From Candidatus Poribacteria bacterium (GTDB lineage: Bacteria > Poribacteria > WGA-4E > GCA-2687025): a stretch of DNA of 64,000 bases. Shown here one piece after another: positions 10,151 to 20,450 of the stretch. The stretch is taken from the NCBI GenBank assembly GCA_963665845.2, contig OY762492.1, positions 864,001 through 928,000 on the forward strand. The letters are read 5' to 3'. Under the pieces are notes generated by a model, which was given only the letters and a program-made list of their open reading frames with translations, searched no databases and was not told the DNA's origin. Position numbers and translations under genes: made by a program. Each line of letters begins with the position of its first letter. The first letter of the stretch is position 1.

Positions 10151-11377
10151 TTATGAATCGCCGGACAGCCCGTATTGCTGATGCAGGGCGCGCGCCGCGT
10201 CGTCGGCTCGATCCAGCTCAATGACGCAGGAGACCTTGATCTCGGAAGTGGCGATCATCTGTATGTTGATGCCTTGATTCGCCAGCGCTTCGAACATCTG
10301 CGCGGCGACGCCGGAATGGCTCTGCATGCCGATGCCAACAATCGACACCTTGGCGATGTTCTCGTCTGACAGCGCCTCTTCCGCCCCGATCTCTTGGCAG
10401 ATGTCCGCGATGGCGGCCGTCGTCTTATGCAGGTCGGTTCGCGGCACGGTGAAGGAGATGTCGGAACGCCCGTCTCGGCTCACATTTTGAATGATCATGT
10501 CGATCACGATGCCCGCCTTGCCGAGTATGCCGAAGATGGCCGCGGCGACTCCCGGCTCGTCCGGAACGCCGATGAGCGAGATCTTCGCCTGATTCTTGTC
10601 CGCGGCGACGCCGCTCACCACAAACTGCTCCATGTCTAACGCTTGCGTGTCGTTCACCACCAATGTTCCCTCGTCTTGTTTGAACGTTGACCGGACGCGC
10701 AGGGGCGTCTGGTATTTCCATGCCAGTTCGACCGCTCTTGAGTGCAGCACCTTTGCGCCGAGGCTTGCCAGTTCGACCATCTCTTCGTAGGAGATCGCTG
10801 GGAGCCGCCGGGCGTCCGGGACGACGCGCGGGTCTGCCGTATAAACGCCGTCCACGTCGGTGAAGATGTCGCACACCTCGGCGCCCAGAGCGGCGGCCAC
10901 CGCGACAGCCGTTGTGTCAGAACCGCCCCGACCCAGCGTTGTGATCTGTCCGTCGATGGAGGCGCCTTGAAAACCCGCGACGATGACCGCGTTGCCCTTC
11001 TCCAGCTCGGCGCGAATGCGATCCTCTTTGACCGCCTTGATCCGAGAGCGGCTGAAGGAGCCGTCTGTCAAAATGCCGACCTGCGGGCCGGTGAACGAAA
11101 CGGCGCCATGCCCCATCGACTGTATCGCCATCGCCAACAGCGCGATCGACTGCTGTTCGCCTGTCGCCAGCAGCATGTCCATCTCCCTGTCGGGCGGGTT
11201 GTCGACCACCTGTTTTGCCAGCGCGATCAGGTTGTCGGTCGTTTTTCCCATCGCGGAAACGATCGCTACCATGTCGTTGCCCGCCGCTTTGGTGTCGATA
11301 ATTCGGCGGGCGACGGCGCGTATTTTTTCTACATCGGCGACCGAGGAGCCGCCGTATTTTTGAACAATCAGTCCCAT
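10151..11377 (-). CDS. lysC: Aspartate kinase
   Basis: QKYGGSSV, TTLGRGGSDTTAVA, DVDGVYTADPR and two ACT domains. Confidence 0.95.
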   Translation of the reverse strand: MGLIVQKYGGSSVADVEKIRAVARRIIDTKAAGNDMVAIVSAMGKTTDNLIALAKQVVDNPPDREMDMLLATGEQQSIALLAMAIQSMGHGAVSFTGPQVGILTDGSFSRSRIKAVKEDRIRAELEKGNAVIVAGFQGASIDGQITTLGRGGSDTTAVAVAAALGAEVCDIFTDVDGVYTADPRVVPDARRLPAISYEEMVELASLGAKVLHSRAVELAWKYQTPLRVRSTFKQDEGTLVVNDTQALDMEQFVVSGVAADKNQAKISLIGVPDEPGVAAAIFGILGKAGIVIDMIIQNVSRDGRSDISFTVPRTDLHKTTAAIADICQEIGAEEALSDENIAKVSIVGIGMQSHSGVAAQMFEALANQGINIQMIATSEIKVSCVIELDRADDAARALHQQYGLSGDS

Positions 11378-11384
11378 AGATAGA

Positions 11385-11972
11385 TCATGCTCCGCTTTCG
11401 TTGACGGTCATTTGAAGAAAATGCTGATGGATGCGTCGGTCGCTTGTCAATTCAGGATGAAAGGAGCTGGCGAGCAGGTTTCCCTCCTGGACAAGTACGG
11501 CGCGCCCGTCCAGTTCCGCCAAACGCCGCACATGCGGCTCCGCCGCCTCAATAACGGGCGCGCGGATAAAGACGCCGGGGAACGGCTCTCCGCCGAGGCT
11601 CGGCATCTCGATGGGCGATTCAAAGCTGTCCACCTGTCTGCCGTAGGCGTTGCGCCGTACGCGGATGTTCATCAGCCCAAGACGCGGCTGTTCGCTGTCG
11701 GCGATCTGTTTCGCCATGAGAATCATGCCAGCGCATGCGCCGTAAATCGGCATGCCTTCGGCGGCGCGTTTTTGTACCGCCTCGATCAAGCCGAACTTGT
11801 TCATGAGAATGCCGATGGTTGTGCTTTCGCCGCCGGGGAGGATGAGTCCGTCCAGCCGCTCCGTTTCTTCAGGGGTACGGACTCGCTCCGCGCGGGCGCC
11901 GCATTCGGTCAGCGCCTTCATATGCGGCTCCACCGCCCCCTGCATGCTCATGACTCCGATTCTCAACGCCAT
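11385..11972 (-). CDS. pdxT: Pyridoxal 5'-phosphate synthase glutaminase subunit
   Basis: LPGGESTT, GACAGMIL, RNAYGRQVDSFE and SFHPEL motifs. Confidence 0.95.
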   Translation of the reverse strand: MALRIGVMSMQGAVEPHMKALTECGARAERVRTPEETERLDGLILPGGESTTIGILMNKFGLIEAVQKRAAEGMPIYGACAGMILMAKQIADSEQPRLGLMNIRVRRNAYGRQVDSFESPIEMPSLGGEPFPGVFIRAPVIEAAEPHVRRLAELDGRAVLVQEGNLLASSFHPELTSDRRIHQHFLQMTVNESGA

Positions 11973-11984
11973 CTTGAAACGCCC

Positions 11985-12869
11985 TTACCAGCCCCGAACG
12001 GCGAGCCTTTCTTCCTGGGGCATGGAACGCACATCCAGCCCCTTCATCGGTTCGCCTAAGCCTTCCGATATTTCCGCCAGCTTTTCGGGATCGTTGTAGA
12101 AGGTTACCGCCTCCACGATCTTATGGGCGCGCGTTTCCGGGTCGTCCGATTTGAAAATGCCGGATCCGACAAAGACCGCCTCGGCGCCCAGCTGCATCAT
12201 GAGCGCGGCGTCCGCCGGCGTCGCCACGCCGCCCGCCGAGAAGTTGGGGACGGGCAGCTTGCCCGTTTCCGCCGCCTGCTCAACCAGCTCAAACGGCGCG
12301 CCGAGCTGTTTCGCTTCCGCCATCAGCTCGTCTTTGCGCATGCCTTTCAGCTTGCGCAGCCCGCCTGTCACGGCGCGCATATGCCGCACCGCCTCAACAA
12401 TATCGCCGGAGCCTGCCTCGCCCTTGGTGCGTATCATGGCGGCGCCTTCGCCGATGCGCCGCAGCGCTTCTCCCAGGTCTCTACAGCCGCACACAAACGG
12501 CGCGTCAAACTCGCGCTTGTCGATATGATGCGCCTCGTCCGCCGGCGTCAACACCTCGCTTTCGTCGATGAAATCGACGTCGAGCGCCTGCAGAATTTGC
12601 GCCTCCACAAAATGCCCGATGCGGCATTTCGCCATGACCGGTATCGTCACAGCCGCCATGATTCGTTTGACGCGCGCCGGGTCGGACATCCGCGCGACGC
12701 CGCCGTCGCGCCGTATATCCGCCGGGACGCGCTCCAGCGCCATCACGGCGGCGGCTCCCGCTTCCGCGGCGATTTTTGCCTGATCCTCGTTGACGACATC
12801 CATGATGACGCCGTTTTTCAACATCTCCGCAAGACCGACCTTCGTTTCCCAAGTCGATTTTTCCGCCAT
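11985..12869 (-). CDS. pdxS: Pyridoxal 5'-phosphate synthase lyase subunit
   Basis: [27 protein letters not shown] and [16 protein letters not shown] motifs. Confidence 0.97.
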   Translation of the reverse strand: MAEKSTWETKVGLAEMLKNGVIMDVVNEDQAKIAAEAGAAAVMALERVPADIRRDGGVARMSDPARVKRIMAAVTIPVMAKCRIGHFVEAQILQALDVDFIDESEVLTPADEAHHIDKREFDAPFVCGCRDLGEALRRIGEGAAMIRTKGEAGSGDIVEAVRHMRAVTGGLRKLKGMRKDELMAEAKQLGAPFELVEQAAETGKLPVPNFSAGGVATPADAALMMQLGAEAVFVGSGIFKSDDPETRAHKIVEAVTFYNDPEKLAEISEGLGEPMKGLDVRSMPQEERLAVRGW

Positions 12870-14099
12870 CTATCTGTCCTTTCCTGCGCTAGACGCGCCT
12901 AAAAACCAGTCCATCCATTCATGACCCACGGCAAACCGCCGTCCCTCCGCTCCCGCCGCTTCCGTATAAACCTCCGTTGCGTCCGCCTCAATGCCTTGCC
13001 CGCATGCCGCAAACGGAACGGCGCCGCGCGCATGCTTTCGCGTCGAAACCGCCGTAACATGATCGGGCAGCGCGGCGGCGCGGACATTGCCGCGCGCGCG
13101 GGCGTATTCCATGACGCGCGACGCGATCTCGCGGTCAATCGCCTCTATCGCCTCGATCTTCGCTTCGGCGCTGCCCATATGCGCCGCCTCGTCCGGCGCC
13201 TCAACATGAATATACACGAAATCGACCGAATCGTCCCCATCTAAAGACGCGAGCGCGTACTCCGCCTTCCCCGCGTAATTCGTGTCTAAAAACCCTGTGA
13301 TGCCCGGCACTTTCAACACTTCAAGCCCCGCATACCGCGCAATGCCGCGCACCAGATCCACCGCGGAGACAGCGGCGCCGTTCAACCCGTATTTTTCGGG
13401 ATAGGTCGGCATCGCCGGCGCCTTGCCCTGACCCCATAGCCATATGCTGTTGGCAGGCTCTTTTCCGCTGTCAACGCGCTCCTTGTTGATCGGATGTTCC
13501 TGCAGTATTTCCCAGGACCTTTCAATCCAGCCGCGCAGCGTTTCGGATCCCGCGCCTGACGGGTAATGCTTGCGAAACGGATCGCCCATGATGTCATGCG
13601 GCGGGGTCGTCTCCGCGGGGTCTAACTTGTCAGACGCGAGGAGAAGGTGGCGGTATTGAACGCCGGGATACAGCGCCGCCTCGCTTCCAAGCGCCTCTTG
13701 AACCGCCGCAATCAGCTCCGCCGCCTCTTCGGAGGAGATATGCCCCGCGCTGTAATCTTTCATCAGGCGGTTCTCTAGCGTCACAAGGTTGCATCGAAAC
13801 GCGGTTTGATCGGAGGGTATCTCGACATTCATCGCCGCCGCTTCCAGAGGCGCCCTGCCGGTCAGATACTGCTCAGGATCGTATCCAAGAACGGCGAGAT
13901 TGCCGACATCGCTCCCAGGCGGAAGGGAGTCGGGGATCAGGTCAACCAGCCCGACCGTTCCGCTTTCGGCGATGGCGTCCATATGCGGCGTCCGCGCGGC
14001 TTCCAGGGGCGTTTTGCCGTCCAGCGATTCCAGCGGATCGTCCGCCATGCCGTCGCACAGGATGACGATATATTTTGTGTCGGGCATCGCTTTTTTCAT
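12870..14099 (-). CDS. apgM: Cofactor-independent phosphoglycerate mutase family protein (ApgM-type, proposed homoserine kinase)
   Basis: DGMADDP...GKTPLEAA, PGSDVGNL, GRAPLEA, HVEAPDEAAH and PDH motifs. Directly downstream of thrC. The start may be at 14087. Confidence 0.85.
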   Translation of the reverse strand: MKKAMPDTKYIVILCDGMADDPLESLDGKTPLEAARTPHMDAIAESGTVGLVDLIPDSLPPGSDVGNLAVLGYDPEQYLTGRAPLEAAAMNVEIPSDQTAFRCNLVTLENRLMKDYSAGHISSEEAAELIAAVQEALGSEAALYPGVQYRHLLLASDKLDPAETTPPHDIMGDPFRKHYPSGAGSETLRGWIERSWEILQEHPINKERVDSGKEPANSIWLWGQGKAPAMPTYPEKYGLNGAAVSAVDLVRGIARYAGLEVLKVPGITGFLDTNYAGKAEYALASLDGDDSVDFVYIHVEAPDEAAHMGSAEAKIEAIEAIDREIASRVMEYARARGNVRAAALPDHVTAVSTRKHARGAVPFAACGQGIEADATEVYTEAAGAEGRRFAVGHEWMDWFLGASSAGKDR

Positions 14100-15178
14100 G
14101 TTGAAAAAATCTCCTCGATGACCGCGTCCATTCTTGCGGGAATCACCTTCGGCTTTCTAGATTCCTGAACGGCTCGCTCTGGGTCTTTTAGCCCATGCCC
14201 CGTCAACACGCAGACGACGATTTCGTCTGGGCTGAAGTAGCCGCGCTTGCCGAGCTGGAGAACGCCCGCCACGGAGATGGCCGACGCCGGTTCCACAAAG
14301 ACCCCCTCTTCGCCCGCCAACAATCGGTACGCTTCCAAAATCTGTTTGTCGCTTACTTTGTCGATCAAGCCGCCGGATTCGTCCCTTGCTCTTACGGCGC
14401 GCTTCCAGCTGGCGGGATTTCCGATCTTGATCGCCGAGGCGACCGTTTCAGGCTTATCTACGGGCGCGCCGTCCACAATCGGCGCCGCCTTCGCCGCCTG
14501 AAAACCAAGCATTTTGGGAAGCGAATCGATGACTCCGTCTCCATGGTATTCCCGATAACCTTTCCAATACGCGGTGATATTTCCCGCGTTGCCGACAGGG
14601 AGAGCGTGATAGTCGGGCGCGCGTCCCAGCTGGTCGCAGATCTCAAACGCGCCGGTTTTTTGCCCTTCGATGCGGTGCGGGTTCAACGAATTCACCAGCG
14701 CGATGGGATGCGACTCGGAGACAGCGCGCACCAGCTCCAACGCCCTATCGAAGCCGCCCTCAATGGAAAGCAGCGCCGCCTGATGGATGACCGCCTGGGC
14801 AGTTTTGCCGAAGGCGATCTCTCCCTGCGGGACTAAAACTGCGCAGGCGATCCCGGCGCGCGCCGCATAAGCCGCCGCGGAGGCGGATGTGTTGCCGGTG
14901 GAGGCGCAGATGACCGCCTTCGCCCCGTTCTCTGCCGCCTTTGAAAGCGCGACTGTCATGCCCCTGTCTTTAAAGGAGCTGGTCGGGTTCAACCCCTCCA
15001 TCTTTAAAAAGACGCGCGCTCCGCCGAGGCGCTTCGACAGACTCGGCGCCGGCGTCAACGGCGTCGCGCCCTCTAGGAGCGTCACGACCGGCGTCGTTTC
15101 CGTCACGGGAAGCCGATCGCGGTAATGCTCAATGACGCCCTGCCAGGTCAAATACGGCGATGCCATGGGAACTTTCAT
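14096..15178 (-). CDS. thrC: Threonine synthase
   Basis: EGLNPTSSFKDRG (PLP lysine), CASTGNTSASAAAY, PVGNAGN and LTGHGLKDP motifs. Confidence 0.95.
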   Translation of the reverse strand: MKVPMASPYLTWQGVIEHYRDRLPVTETTPVVTLLEGATPLTPAPSLSKRLGGARVFLKMEGLNPTSSFKDRGMTVALSKAAENGAKAVICASTGNTSASAAAYAARAGIACAVLVPQGEIAFGKTAQAVIHQAALLSIEGGFDRALELVRAVSESHPIALVNSLNPHRIEGQKTGAFEICDQLGRAPDYHALPVGNAGNITAYWKGYREYHGDGVIDSLPKMLGFQAAKAAPIVDGAPVDKPETVASAIKIGNPASWKRAVRARDESGGLIDKVSDKQILEAYRLLAGEEGVFVEPASAISVAGVLQLGKRGYFSPDEIVVCVLTGHGLKDPERAVQESRKPKVIPARMDAVIEEIFST

Positions 15179-15188
15179 AAAACGACTC

Positions 15189-16517
15189 TTACAACTCCGT
15201 CTCAACGCGAATCGAGACCGCCGGCTGCCGTACGCACGGCAGATCGTTGATCTCATGAAGAGCCGCGCGAATGCCGCTCTCCGCCGCCAGATGCGTCAGC
15301 AGTATCAGCGGAACGGTACCCTCGCTCGTCGGGGTCGGCTCTTTCTGCGACACAGCGGCGATGCTGACGCCATGCCTGCCCAGCGCGGCGGCGATCTCGG
15401 CGAGAACGCCTGGGCGGTCCTCCGCTTCAAGTCGGATATACCGGCGCGAGCATGCCGATTTCAGCGCTTTTTGCGCCTCCGTTTTGGAGTCGGCTGAGGG
15501 AGGAACATCGCCGCGCCAGCAGAGCGGAATCTCCGCCGGCGCGTTCGCCGCAAGGTCGCGCGCCGCGTCCAGCAGATCCGCCACGACCGCGCTCGCCGTC
15601 GGAAGTTTCCCCGCGCCTTGACCCAAAAACAGCGCCGGACCGACCGCGTCCCCCACCACGGCGACCGCGTTGTAGGCGTCCTGAACGTTCGCCAGCACGC
15701 TTGTTTCGGGGATCATGGTCGGATGCGCCTGAACGCTCACGCTGTCGTCCAACCGGCGCGAAATGCCCAGCAGTTTGACGACATAACCCATCTCTTTGGC
15801 GCATTCCAGGTCTTGAGGTTGAATGCCCCGTATGCCTTCAAATTGAACATGCTGCGCGTCGACTCGATACCCGTACGCAAGCGAGGAGAGGATGGCGATC
15901 TTATGCGCCGTGTCATGCCCGTCCACGTCGAAGGTCGGGTCCGCTTCGGCGTAGCCCAGCTCCTGCGCCTTTTGGAGAGCCGTTTCATACGGCTGCCCGT
16001 TGTTGGACATCTGCGTCAAGATGTAGTTGCAGGTGCCGTTTAAAATGCCGTAGACGCTTTCGATGCGGTTTGCCGCCAGACTTTCTCGGAGCGCCTTGAT
16101 GATCGGAATGCCGCCGGCGACGCTCGCTTCAAAGTAGATGCCGACTCCGCTTTGCTGCGCGGCGTCAAACAGCTCCTGCCCTTTCAGCGCGATGATCGCT
16201 TTGTTGGCGGTGACGAGACGCTTGCCCTGCTGAAGCGCCGTGAGAGCGTACGCTTTCGCCTCGTCCACGCCGCCCATGACCTCCACGACGATGTCGATGT
16301 CGCTGCGGCGCGAGAGAGCCAGCGCGTCGTCTGTGAGCAGATGAGAGGGTACCTCCGACCCGCGCGGTTTAGACAGATCCCGCACGGCGGCGCCCGCCAG
16401 CTCAATGGGGCGCCCTAGCTCATGTTGAAGACGCTTCGCATGCCGGCGCAAAATATGTACGACGCCGGCGCCGACAGTGCCAAGCCCAATTAAACCAACC
16501 CGTATCGACCGCTGCAT
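15189..16517 (-). CDS. hom: Homoserine dehydrogenase with C-terminal ACT domain
   Basis: GLGTVG, VTANKA, FEASVAGGIP, GILNGTCNYIL, LGYAEADP and DRPGVLA motifs. Confidence 0.95.
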   Translation of the reverse strand: MQRSIRVGLIGLGTVGAGVVHILRRHAKRLQHELGRPIELAGAAVRDLSKPRGSEVPSHLLTDDALALSRRSDIDIVVEVMGGVDEAKAYALTALQQGKRLVTANKAIIALKGQELFDAAQQSGVGIYFEASVAGGIPIIKALRESLAANRIESVYGILNGTCNYILTQMSNNGQPYETALQKAQELGYAEADPTFDVDGHDTAHKIAILSSLAYGYRVDAQHVQFEGIRGIQPQDLECAKEMGYVVKLLGISRRLDDSVSVQAHPTMIPETSVLANVQDAYNAVAVVGDAVGPALFLGQGAGKLPTASAVVADLLDAARDLAANAPAEIPLCWRGDVPPSADSKTEAQKALKSACSRRYIRLEAEDRPGVLAEIAAALGRHGVSIAAVSQKEPTPTSEGTVPLILLTHLAAESGIRAALHEINDLPCVRQPAVSIRVETEL

Positions 16518-16582
16518 ATTTTCGCCTCGCCTGAACGCTAAAACTATAGCGCCGATACGAGCCGCCGGCAATAGCAGCTGTT

Positions 16583-16672
16583 CGACCTTACGTCTTACCG
16601 CAAGGGCGGACGGTTTTGGGCTGGACTTTAGACTCCCCCTTGAAAAGGGGGGCTGGGGGGGTTTTTAGCCGC
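16583..16672 (-). repeat. MITE right-arm remnant fused to C-rich hairpin
   Basis: GACCTTACGTCTTA...GCGGACGGTTTTGGGCTGGAC followed by GACTCCCCCTTGAAAAGGGGGGCTGGGGGGGTTTTTAGCC. These are reverse complements of modules seen elsewhere. Confidence 0.75.
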
Positions 16673-16695
16673 GCGGGGCTTTGACGCTTCAAAAG

Positions 16696-16722
16696 AGAGG
16701 GGCTGTCGTTTCAGCCCCTCTT
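16696..16722. terminator. Probable intrinsic terminator hairpin
   Basis: AGAGGGGCTG-TCGTTT-CAGCCCCTCT with flanking A/T runs, just downstream of the 16735..17220 gene. Confidence 0.6.
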
Positions 16723-16734
16723 GTTGGAATGCGT

Positions 16735-17220
16735 TTATTCTTCTTTGGAGATCGTGATCGGAATCATCTCGCTCCATGTGGAGACATCGAACGAGGAGCG
16801 GGAGCCTTCCTCGTCCACGCTGATGACGCGCGAGATGGCGGTCACCACCAGATGCAGCGCCTCCACATTGAGGCTGCCGTCGTCCAGAGAGGACGGCGCC
16901 TTCCAGTCGATCGAGAACGGTCCGTTGACCGAGCCTTGCGTTTCGCCGATTAACTTGCCGCGGCCGGTCATATTCACCCAGCTGAACCGTAGGTCTTCCG
17001 CGCGCACGGCGCCGACCGTTGCCGATATGGTGATTCGGTCGCCTGGCGCCGCCGTTTCTTGACTCACATGGACAGACGCTTTCACCTCAATGTCGCCGCC
17101 GCCTATCGGTTGCGCTGCATCTGTCGTCGGGTCGGTCGGCGTGGACGGGCTGCTGCATCCGAGAGCCAGCATGCCAGCCGCCGCTAGAGCCATAATTCCA
17201 AGCCATGCTTTTTTCATCAT
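16735..17220 (-). CDS. Hypothetical lipoprotein
   Basis: Basic N-terminus, hydrophobic core, LALGC lipobox, Pro/Thr linker and a beta-rich domain. Confidence 0.7.
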   Translation of the reverse strand: MMKKAWLGIMALAAAGMLALGCSSPSTPTDPTTDAAQPIGGGDIEVKASVHVSQETAAPGDRITISATVGAVRAEDLRFSWVNMTGRGKLIGETQGSVNGPFSIDWKAPSSLDDGSLNVEALHLVVTAISRVISVDEEGSRSSFDVSTWSEMIPITISKEE

Positions 17221-17455
17221 CCGCTCCTGTTTGCGTATGGATCAAAGAAACTCATGCAGGTAAACGCCGTTTCCACGCCGGATGTTCCATTAATTCGCGC
17301 GGCGCTTTAAACGCGATTCGGGAATGGCGGTCTGGTTCGCGGGGCTTTGCCCGTGCATGCGTCCGATTTAAAAGGCTTCCCAGAGCAAACTGTATTTGCG
17401 ATTCGCCATGAAATGTGTTAGAATAAAGTAAAATGGCAACACACCAGAGGCGGCT

Positions 17456-18589
17456 ATGCGTAGACTTTTTCGGATTGCATCGATTGCGGCGTTCGCGGCG
17501 TTTCTAGCGTCCAGCGCGGGCGCGCTTCAACCCTCGCAGCATGGCAGCGAGGCAATGCGTTACCTTTCCGCTCTTCATCCCGACGAGCAAGCTCTGCTTG
17601 TTATCGACATCGCCGGCTTTGAAGGCACCGGAATTCTTGACCTGCTCCAAGAAGAGCTGCTCAAAATGCCGGGGATCGGAGACATTCTTCTTGGGACGAA
17701 CAGCCATATCCATGAGCTTGTTCAAAAGGCGTATCTCTCTCTTCCCGACCTCCGCGCGCTGGACTTCGAAGCGGGCATTGAAATGCCGTTGATGCTGCTG
17801 GAAACGGACCTGCCCAAGAACATGATTCGGGATCTTTTCAGCGGCATGGGGGAGGAGGCGCCGAAGCGCATTGAGGCGGAAAACGCCGTTCTGTGGGTGT
17901 TTCGAGACGAGGAAGGCGACCATGCGCTCGCCGAGCTGCCAAACGGGCTGATCGGTTTAGGCAACCTGCCGACCGTACAGAAGATGTCAAGAATGGCCGC
18001 CGGCAAGGAGAATCAAGAGGCGCAAACGCCCGCCAAATACGGACCGGCGCTTCAAATGTACTATGACGCTCAATCGCCCGAAGCGGCGGCGGCGGGGCAT
18101 ACGCTCGTCTGGATAGGCGCGGCGCATTTGGGCAAGTTGTACCCCCCTGAACTGGCGCATTCCGGCTTTCCGTATCTGCCTCAAACCGCTTCGATGCGGT
18201 TTTTGAGAACGCCGACAGACTCCTATAAAGCGACTTTTGGCGCCTACTGGGCGGAGACTCTCGGTGCGCATGTTGCGAAACTAAACTACACCGCGACGGT
18301 TCATCCGGAAAACATGCTTGATTTCCTCTCCAAGATACTGCCGCAAGGCGTCTACACCGCCGAGGGCGTCATCGATTACGATCCCGATATGGCGGAGCTG
18401 CGGGAGGGTCTAGAGGAGCTGCGCGCGTTTATTGACCGCAACCCCGACATGGATGAAATCGTTTTTGAAATCGACATCTCGCTGGATGAAGGCGGCGCGA
18501 CCGTTGAAGCCGAATCGAGCGGCGAGATGATGGATGAGATCGTTCGGTCGATCAAAGAAGAAATGCAAAAATCGCCTGAAGAATACTAG
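17456..18589 (+). CDS. Hypothetical exported protein
   Basis: 377 aa ORF with Sec signal (MRRLFRIASIAAFAAFLASSAGA) and AGAGG RBS. Confidence 0.65.
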   Translation: MRRLFRIASIAAFAAFLASSAGALQPSQHGSEAMRYLSALHPDEQALLVIDIAGFEGTGILDLLQEELLKMPGIGDILLGTNSHIHELVQKAYLSLPDLRALDFEAGIEMPLMLLETDLPKNMIRDLFSGMGEEAPKRIEAENAVLWVFRDEEGDHALAELPNGLIGLGNLPTVQKMSRMAAGKENQEAQTPAKYGPALQMYYDAQSPEAAAAGHTLVWIGAAHLGKLYPPELAHSGFPYLPQTASMRFLRTPTDSYKATFGAYWAETLGAHVAKLNYTATVHPENMLDFLSKILPQGVYTAEGVIDYDPDMAELREGLEELRAFIDRNPDMDEIVFEIDISLDEGGATVEAESSGEMMDEIVRSIKEEMQKSPEEY

Positions 18590-18602
18590 GAGGATGCCTC
18601 CC

Positions 18603-20450
18603 GTGAATCGTTTGCTTGCTCTCGCCGCCGCTGCCGCCGTATGTTTTTCAGCCGCCGCAGAAGACGCGCGGCAGATCTCGCCCAAGCACAATGTGCTGGA
18701 AGAATCGCCCGCCGGCGCGCTCATTCAGATTGGAGCGTCGATCGGAAAATTTGAGCTGACTACTCTGGACGGAAAAACCGCCCAGTTCGGTATCGGCTCC
18801 CCCTCTCTTGTCGTCTTTACGTCCACGAGCTGCCCTGTGGCGAAGCGTTACACGACCCGTTTGAACCGCCTTTACGAGGCGTATAAGGATCGGGTTCAGA
18901 TCGCCGTTGTCTTCTCAAACGAGGGAGAAACGGCGCAAGCCGCGCGCAAACATGCGGAGGAGTTTGGGTTTCAAGTTCCTGCCGTTATGGACGGAAGCGG
19001 AGCTTTAGCGCGCCGCTTCGGCGCCTCCATGACGCCGCAGGCGTTTGCGCTGGACAAGGAGGGGCGGCTCAAATACCGCGGCGCCGTTGACGACGACCGT
19101 ATCGAAACGCGCGTCAAGCAGCATTATGTCCGCGACGCGCTGGACGATCTGATTGCCGGGCGCGACCCGATTATCGCCGAAACCGCCGCCTTCGGATGCA
19201 CCCTCCGCGCGGCTAAGGCTCCAAAGTCGACGGCGGTGACCTACGCTGAACATATCGCGCCGATTATGCAGCAGCGTTGCCAGGGCTGCCATCGAACAGG
19301 CGAAGTGGCGCCGTTCACGCTGTTGAGCTACAACGACGCGAAAACATGGGCGGCGGAGATCGCCTACTACACCAAAGCGCGTCTCATGCCGCCGTGGAAA
19401 CCGGCGCCGGGCATCGGCGATTTTAAACACAGCCGGCGCATGTCCGACGAAGAGCTGGACCTGATTGCCAAATGGGTTGAGGCGGGCGCGCCGGCGGGCG
19501 ACCTGTCCAAAGCGCCGAAAGCGCTCAAATTCCCTGAAGGATGGGTTCTGGGCGAGCCGGACTATGTGGTTCAGATGGAGCGGGAATATCTTGTCGGTCC
19601 TGAAGGCGAAGACGAATACCGCCATTTTGTGATCCCGACCGACTTTGAGACCGATATGTATGTCCAAGCGGTCGACCTGGAACCGGGCAACCGCCAGACG
19701 GTGCATCATGTCATCATCTATCTGGATGTGAACGGGGAAGCGCGGAAACTGGACGCCCAGCAGGAAGGGTACGGATACGCCACCTCCGGCGGAGGCGCGG
19801 GCTTTGATGTGTCCGGAACGCTCGGCGGATGGGCGCCCGGCGTGACGCCGACCGTACTGCCGGACGGCGTCGCCTACCTTCTGCCGAAAGGCGCCGACAT
19901 CATCCTGCAGGTGCATTACTACCGCACCGGCAAGCCTGAACGCGACCTGTCTAAAGCGGGCTTGTACTTCTCCAAAACGCCCAACCCGGCGCCGCTGCGC
20001 ACCGGAAGCGCCATCAACACGGAGTTTGAAATACCGCCGGGCGCCAAAAACCATTCCGTCGCGGCGACCGAGCAGATCAAACAGGACATCATCCTGTTCG
20101 GCGTCGGACCGCATATGCATCTCCTCGGACGCGATATGAAGATGCATGCAAACCTGCCGGGCGGAGAAAAAATGGACCTGATCTACATCAGCGACTGGGA
20201 TTTCAACTGGCAGGACGCGTACCATTACAAGAAGCCGATCTTCTTGCCGGCAGGCTCCTCGATTGAGATTCTGGCGCACTTTGACAACTCGGCGGAAAAC
20301 CCGAACAACCCGAACGATCCGCCGATACCCGTTCGATGGGGCGAAAAAACGACCGACGAAATGGCGATCGGATTCTTTTACTATGTCCATGCGGACGAGT
20401 ACAAGAAGGAGACCGCGTCAGCCCCCTCCGAGCAGCTGGGCGAGAATTGA
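18603..20450 (+). CDS. Exported redoxin (AhpC/TSA) + c-type heme + copper type II ascorbate-dependent monooxygenase-like protein
   Basis: SCPVA...TPQAFALD...YRGAVDD...FGC (redoxin), CQGCH (heme), VHH, LQVHY, PHMHLLG, WDFNWQ and TDEM. Start is GTG 18603 or ATG 18594. Confidence 0.8.
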   Translation: MNRLLALAAAAAVCFSAAAEDARQISPKHNVLEESPAGALIQIGASIGKFELTTLDGKTAQFGIGSPSLVVFTSTSCPVAKRYTTRLNRLYEAYKDRVQIAVVFSNEGETAQAARKHAEEFGFQVPAVMDGSGALARRFGASMTPQAFALDKEGRLKYRGAVDDDRIETRVKQHYVRDALDDLIAGRDPIIAETAAFGCTLRAAKAPKSTAVTYAEHIAPIMQQRCQGCHRTGEVAPFTLLSYNDAKTWAAEIAYYTKARLMPPWKPAPGIGDFKHSRRMSDEELDLIAKWVEAGAPAGDLSKAPKALKFPEGWVLGEPDYVVQMEREYLVGPEGEDEYRHFVIPTDFETDMYVQAVDLEPGNRQTVHHVIIYLDVNGEARKLDAQQEGYGYATSGGGAGFDVSGTLGGWAPGVTPTVLPDGVAYLLPKGADIILQVHYYRTGKPERDLSKAGLYFSKTPNPAPLRTGSAINTEFEIPPGAKNHSVAATEQIKQDIILFGVGPHMHLLGRDMKMHANLPGGEKMDLIYISDWDFNWQDAYHYKKPIFLPAGSSIEILAHFDNSAENPNNPNDPPIPVRWGEKTTDEMAIGFFYYVHADEYKKETASAPSEQLGEN

